The notes below the pieces were generated by a model. It was not told the DNA's origin and did not search any database. It worked only from the letters and a program-made list of their open reading frames with translations. From contig CAVYTU010000011.1 of NCBI GenBank assembly GCA_963771465.1, positions 160,001 through 224,000 on the forward strand: DNA of 64,000 bases, read 5' to 3'. This document shows positions 59,801-64,000 of the stretch, in pieces (within the stretch, counting starts at the first letter, position 1; every line of letters begins with the position of its first letter). The position numbers and the translations under genes are program-made. The DNA comes from an uncultured delta proteobacterium. GTDB taxonomy: Bacteria > Desulfobacterota > Binatia > UBA9968.

Positions 59801-60358
59801 ATGGCTATTCGAGTGGCTGGGATTCCTGGCAGTTTGCGAGCGGCTTCGCTTAATAAAGGTTTATTGCGGGCCGCGGTCGAGTTGGCGCCGGCCGGGATGG
59901 AAATTTCGATCTACACTCGGCTCGGCGATATTCCGCCTTATAACGACGATGTGTTCGCCCAGGGTGATCCCGAGCCGGTGGCGGATTTGAAAACATTTAT
60001 CGGCGGTGCCGATGCCATGCTGATCGTCACGCCGGAATATAACTACGGCGTCCCCGGGGTTTTGAAAAACGCCATCGACTGGGCGTCGCGGCCGACCGGC
60101 AAGTCTGTGCTCAACCGGAAGCCCGCGGCGCTGATGGGCTGTTCGCCGGGACTCGGCGGCACGATCCGCGCGCAACACGCGCTGCGCCAGTCGTTTGTCT
60201 TCACTGAGACTCACGTCATGTCGCAACCGGAGATCAAGATCCCTTCGGCGGCGCCGCTGTTCGATGCCAACGGCAAACTCACCGACGAGAAGACGCGCGA
60301 ATACGTCGGCAAATTCCTCGCAGCATTTGCCGTATGGATCGGGCGCTTCAAAGATTAA
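59801..60358 (+). CDS. NAD(P)H-dependent FMN reductase (ChrR/YieF-like)
   Basis: GSLR..S.N, TPEYN.G.PGVLKNAIDW.SR, GG.RAQ..LRQ. Confidence 0.93.
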   Translation: MAIRVAGIPGSLRAASLNKGLLRAAVELAPAGMEISIYTRLGDIPPYNDDVFAQGDPEPVADLKTFIGGADAMLIVTPEYNYGVPGVLKNAIDWASRPTGKSVLNRKPAALMGCSPGLGGTIRAQHALRQSFVFTETHVMSQPEIKIPSAAPLFDANGKLTDEKTREYVGKFLAAFAVWIGRFKD

Positions 60359-60409
60359 ACTTCCTGCGCCAATGGCATCGCGCGGCGGCCAAGTTGTTAT
60401 TAAGGCACA

Positions 60410-60439
60410 TTGACACCGGGCAAGGTCATCGGGTAGTCT
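60410..60439 (+). promoter_or_regulatory. Putative sigma70 promoter
   Basis: TTGACA-18 nt-TAGTCT about 60 nt upstream of the MBL gene. Confidence 0.4.
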
Positions 60440-60497
60440 CGCCGGCAAATCAGCAGTTGATTTCTCTAATAAACTTAAGATTACGGGAGGCGACGGT

Positions 60498-61946
60498 ATG
60501 TTAAACAGGTTTGTTATTGCGTTCGCGCTGGTGCTGCTTGCTGGATCTCGAGCGGCCGCGGCTGATTCGCCACTCCAGCAAATTGCCGATGCGCTAGATG
60601 TGTCGACGACCAAAACGTTTCAGTTCACCGGCAATGGTAAGATGTGGCATGTCGGCCAATCGACAAGTCCGATGGCGGCGTGGCCGAGATATTACGTAAA
60701 AAGTTTGACGCGCGTGTACGATTTCACTGCGGGAGCGATGCGCGAACAAATGGTCCGGACGCAGGGTGAGACACCGCCCAGCGGTGGCGGCGGTCAGCCA
60801 CTTGAGGGCGATCAGCAATTCATCACATTGGTGAGCGGTGACCTGGCATGGAACGAGTCCGGCAAGAACACGCCGGCCCGGCCGCACGAGGCCAACGGTC
60901 GGGCCCACGAGCTGGCGATTTCACCGCATGGTGTGGTCCGCGCCGCGCTTGCGAACAATGCGACCGTAACTAAGAAGATGATGGATGGACGTGAGATGAC
61001 GGTGGTCTCATTCACTGATCGAGGCAAGCGCAAGATCGTCGCCTACGCCAACGACCAAAATGCCATCGAGCGCGTTGAGTCCAGCTACGGGCATCCCGTT
61101 GTCGGCGATATCAAGGTCGTGACCAACTACGGCCCGTACCGCGACTTCGCCGGCGTCAAGTTTCCAACCAGGATTGTTCAATACCAGGACGGCTTGCCGG
61201 CTCTGGACGTTATCGTCACGGCTGTGAGCGCCAATCCAACATTCAATGTCGAGGTGCCGAGCGACGTACGCAGCACACCAACGGTGGTGAAGTCTGAAAA
61301 AACCGCGGACGGCGTTTGGTTCATTGCCGGTGACTCACATAATTCCGTGTTGATCGAGATGAAAGACTATCTCATCGTCGTGGAAGCACCGTCAGGCGAT
61401 GATCGTTCGATGGCGGTGATGGCTGAGGTGAAGAAGCTGGTGTCCAATAAGCCGATCAAGTATTTGGTCAACACGCACCATCACTTCGATCATTCCGGCG
61501 GCGTGCGCGCTTACGCCGCCGAAGGCGTGACGATTGTAACCCATGAGCTCAACCGGCCCTACTTCGAACGTGCGGCGGCGAATAGCTGGAGTCTTGCTCC
61601 AGATCGCTTAGCCAAGTCGAAGAAGAAACCGGTTTTCCAAACCATGGGCGATAACATGGTGTTGACCGACGGGACGCGCTCTGTGGAGCTATACCAGATC
61701 GTCGGTAACGGGCATCATGACGGCATAGTTATGGCGTATTTGCGGAAAGAGAAACTGCTAATCGAAGCGGATGCCTTTACGCCGGGCAGTGTGCCGAAGA
61801 CCCCCGATCCGTTCTCAGTCAACCTGGAAGCGAACGTACGGCGCTTGAACATTGAGGTCGATCGGATATTGCCTCTCCACGGCGCAATCGCCCCCTATGG
61901 CGAGTTGCTGAATGCGATCGGCAAAAAGCCGGCGCCGGCGAAGTAG
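60498..61946 (+). CDS. Secreted MBL-fold metallo-hydrolase with long N-terminal domain
   Basis: Signal peptide; THHHFDH (HxHxDH), GH, EAD. Confidence 0.88.
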   Translation: MLNRFVIAFALVLLAGSRAAAADSPLQQIADALDVSTTKTFQFTGNGKMWHVGQSTSPMAAWPRYYVKSLTRVYDFTAGAMREQMVRTQGETPPSGGGGQPLEGDQQFITLVSGDLAWNESGKNTPARPHEANGRAHELAISPHGVVRAALANNATVTKKMMDGREMTVVSFTDRGKRKIVAYANDQNAIERVESSYGHPVVGDIKVVTNYGPYRDFAGVKFPTRIVQYQDGLPALDVIVTAVSANPTFNVEVPSDVRSTPTVVKSEKTADGVWFIAGDSHNSVLIEMKDYLIVVEAPSGDDRSMAVMAEVKKLVSNKPIKYLVNTHHHFDHSGGVRAYAAEGVTIVTHELNRPYFERAAANSWSLAPDRLAKSKKKPVFQTMGDNMVLTDGTRSVELYQIVGNGHHDGIVMAYLRKEKLLIEADAFTPGSVPKTPDPFSVNLEANVRRLNIEVDRILPLHGAIAPYGELLNAIGKKPAPAK

Positions 61947-61964
61947 TATAGGGATGTAATCCAC

Positions 61965-62007
61965 AAAAAGCGCGAGTACGGCTGAGGTCGTGCTCGCGCT
62001 TTTTTTT
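61965..62007 (+). terminator. Intrinsic terminator between the MBL paralogs
   Basis: AAAAAGCGCGAGTACG..CGTGCTCGCGC followed by T8. Confidence 0.85.
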
Positions 62008-62080
62008 GTCTTGTAACTTTCCTGGCGCTGGCATATGAAGTTCTCCATCCGTGATTCCATCTAGGTATTAGGAGGCGATT

Positions 62081-63523
62081 ATGTTGAATAAGTTCGTAGG
62101 CGTACTCGCGCTGTTCGCGCTTATGAGTTTGCCGGTGGAGGCGCAAGAATCCGATCTCCAACGGATTGCCGATGCGCTCGATGTATCGACGACGAAGACG
62201 TTCCAGTTCACTGCGAATGGGACGATGTATTCGCTCGGCCAGAGCACTAGCCCAGCGGCGGCATGGCCGAGACAGTTCGTCAAATCCATGACCCGGGTCT
62301 ACGACTTCACGGCGGGTGCTATGCAAGATCAATGGGTGCTCATGGACGGCGAGACCCAGACGGTTGGGCCTGAGCGGCAAGCCGTGAATATAGTTAATGG
62401 TGATCATGCCTGGAGGGTGGCGGGCAAAAATACACTGCCGAGATTATTTGAGGCGCCGGAATGGGCACACCAGATCGTGATCTCACCTCACGGAGTTCTG
62501 CGTGCCGCGTTTGCCAACAACGCGAGGGTCACAAAGAAAACGATCGAAGGCCGGGAGATGACTATCATTTCATTTACCGACCGGGGCCAACACAAGGTGG
62601 TTGCCTATGCCAACGACCAAAGCGCCATTGAGCGGGTCGAGTCTTGGTACGGCCACCCAGTCGTCGGCGATATGAAGGTTGTGACTCATTACGGATCCTA
62701 TCGCGATTTTGCTGGAATCAAGTTTCCAACCAAGATCCTTCAGTATCAAGATGACAAGCCGACTTTGGATTTGACAGTGACTGCCGTCAGAGCGAATCCG
62801 CCGGTGGACATCCAGGTTCCTGCGCACGTGCAGAATGATCCGGTGCCGGTGAAGTCTGAAAAAGTTGCGGATGGCGTTTGGTACATCACCGGCGTATCAG
62901 CCTACAGCGTGCTGATCGAGATGAAAGACTATTTGATCGTCGTCGAAGCGCCGCACGGCGAACGGCGCGCGGTGGCGGTAATGGCCGAAGTTAAAAAGTT
63001 GGTGCCCAACAAACCGATCAAGTATTTAGTCAACACGCACCATCACTTCGATCACTCTTCCGGCGTTCGCGCTTACGCGGCGGAAGGCATTACGATCGTC
63101 ACCCATGAAGTCAACCGGCCGTACTTTGAGCGCGCCGCGTTAAACTCTTGGAATCTATCGCCCGACCGTTTGGCAAAGTCGAAAAAGAAGCCGGTGTTTC
63201 AGACGATGGGTGACAACATGGTTTTGACCGACGGCACGCGCTCGGTGGAACTGTATCAGGTCGTCGGCAACGTTCATCATGACGGCATAGTCATGGCGTA
63301 CCTACGCAAAGAAAAACTGCTGATCGAAGCCGATGTCTTTAATCCAAGCCCAGCAGGTGCTGAGCCGCCTAAAGTTCCCAGTCCGGCTGCGGTCAACCTG
63401 GAGGCCAACGTGCGGCGCTTGAATATTGACGTGGATCGTATCGTGTCGATTCATGAGCGCATCGTGCCTTACAGCGAGTTGCTCGCGGCCATCGGCAAAA
63501 AACCAGCTGCCGCGATGAAGTAG
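62081..63523 (+). CDS. Secreted MBL-fold metallo-hydrolase, tandem paralog
   Basis: Long identical stretches with 60498-61946, THHHFDH; AGGAGG RBS. Confidence 0.88.
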   Translation: MLNKFVGVLALFALMSLPVEAQESDLQRIADALDVSTTKTFQFTANGTMYSLGQSTSPAAAWPRQFVKSMTRVYDFTAGAMQDQWVLMDGETQTVGPERQAVNIVNGDHAWRVAGKNTLPRLFEAPEWAHQIVISPHGVLRAAFANNARVTKKTIEGREMTIISFTDRGQHKVVAYANDQSAIERVESWYGHPVVGDMKVVTHYGSYRDFAGIKFPTKILQYQDDKPTLDLTVTAVRANPPVDIQVPAHVQNDPVPVKSEKVADGVWYITGVSAYSVLIEMKDYLIVVEAPHGERRAVAVMAEVKKLVPNKPIKYLVNTHHHFDHSSGVRAYAAEGITIVTHEVNRPYFERAALNSWNLSPDRLAKSKKKPVFQTMGDNMVLTDGTRSVELYQVVGNVHHDGIVMAYLRKEKLLIEADVFNPSPAGAEPPKVPSPAAVNLEANVRRLNIDVDRIVSIHERIVPYSELLAAIGKKPAAAMK

Positions 63524-63529
63524 GTTGCA

Positions 63530-63568
63530 ATCAAGCCGGCGCGAGCTCGATACTTGCGCCGGCTTGAT
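63530..63568. terminator. Hairpin after the second MBL gene
   Basis: ATCAAGCCGGCGCGAG..CTTGCGCCGGCTTGAT; no U-tract. Confidence 0.45.
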
Positions 63569-63703
63569 CCGTTGCGAACTGCAACTCCCAGCCCGAAGAA
63601 AATGAGCGCACCAAGTACGATTTGACCGTCAAAGAGCGACAAGCGATCTTGGCCGATAGTGCGCGGCGCTTTACAATCTCCAATGACGAATCGAAAGGAT
63701 TCT

Positions 63704-64000
63704 ATGAAAGCTTTGTTGCTCACCGGGTCGCTATTCTTTTTTGCGTACGTCGAGTCTCATGCCCAGACACCTTTTTATCAAGGCAAGACGATTACCATCG
63801 TCGTCGGTTATCTGGCCGGCGACGGCTATGACATCTGGGCGCGGCTGTTGGCGGCACATATGGGCAAACATATTCCGGGCAACCCGAGCATCATCGCGCA
63901 GAACATGCCTGGAGCCGGTTCGATGATCGCGGCGAATAACGTTTACAACGTGGCCAAGCCGGACGGTCTGACGATGGCCTCGATCGGTCCGTCGCTTTAT
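63704..64000 (+). CDS. Bug/TctC-family substrate-binding protein, 5' part (runs off window)
   Basis: Manual translation MKALLL..AQTPFYQGKTITIVVGYLAGDGYDIWARLLA.HMGKHIPGNP..NMPGAGS..AKPDGLT. Confidence 0.88.
   Translation, partial: MKALLLTGSLFFFAYVESHAQTPFYQGKTITIVVGYLAGDGYDIWARLLAAHMGKHIPGNPSIIAQNMPGAGSMIAANNVYNVAKPDGLTMASIGPSLY

Noticed and set aside
251-63926. Numerous antisense and alternate-frame ORFs in the track
   Set aside because: Shadows of real genes expected in high-GC DNA; Arg/Ala-rich with no family motifs

Overview
A GC-rich, gene-dense bacterial chromosomal window of about 60 genes, with no rRNA, intact tRNA, CRISPR array or intact mobile element. It is dominated by catabolic enzymes (CoA-transferase, enolase-superfamily, heme-oxygenase-like diiron, cupin dioxygenase, UbiD, LLM, amidohydrolases, FAH, M24, SDR, Rieske, MBL). 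It also holds nine solute-binding proteins with no cognate permease, a creD/creB/creC-like locus, a B12-binding radical SAM, a TIR-TM protein, three tandem MFS genes and a compact fccAB/soxYZ/yeeE sulfur module. This content resembles Candidatus Binatia (Binatota) MAGs, which is an inference. About nine genes carry single-base frameshifts or an in-frame stop, most simply explained by an unpolished long-read assembly. The strongest non-routine signals are: (i) a ~185-nt intergenic element at 17969-18154 with long-range complementarity and its own terminator (candidate ncRNA); (ii) the minimal Sox module whose SoxY has a non-canonical C-terminus; (iii) an enolase/HDO/cupin/UbiD catabolic operon of unknown substrate; (iv) families of 7- and 9-nt periodic, often palindromic, intergenic repeats; (v) M24 and Rieske proteins with remodelled active sites. 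All calls come from manual motif reading; no database searches were run.
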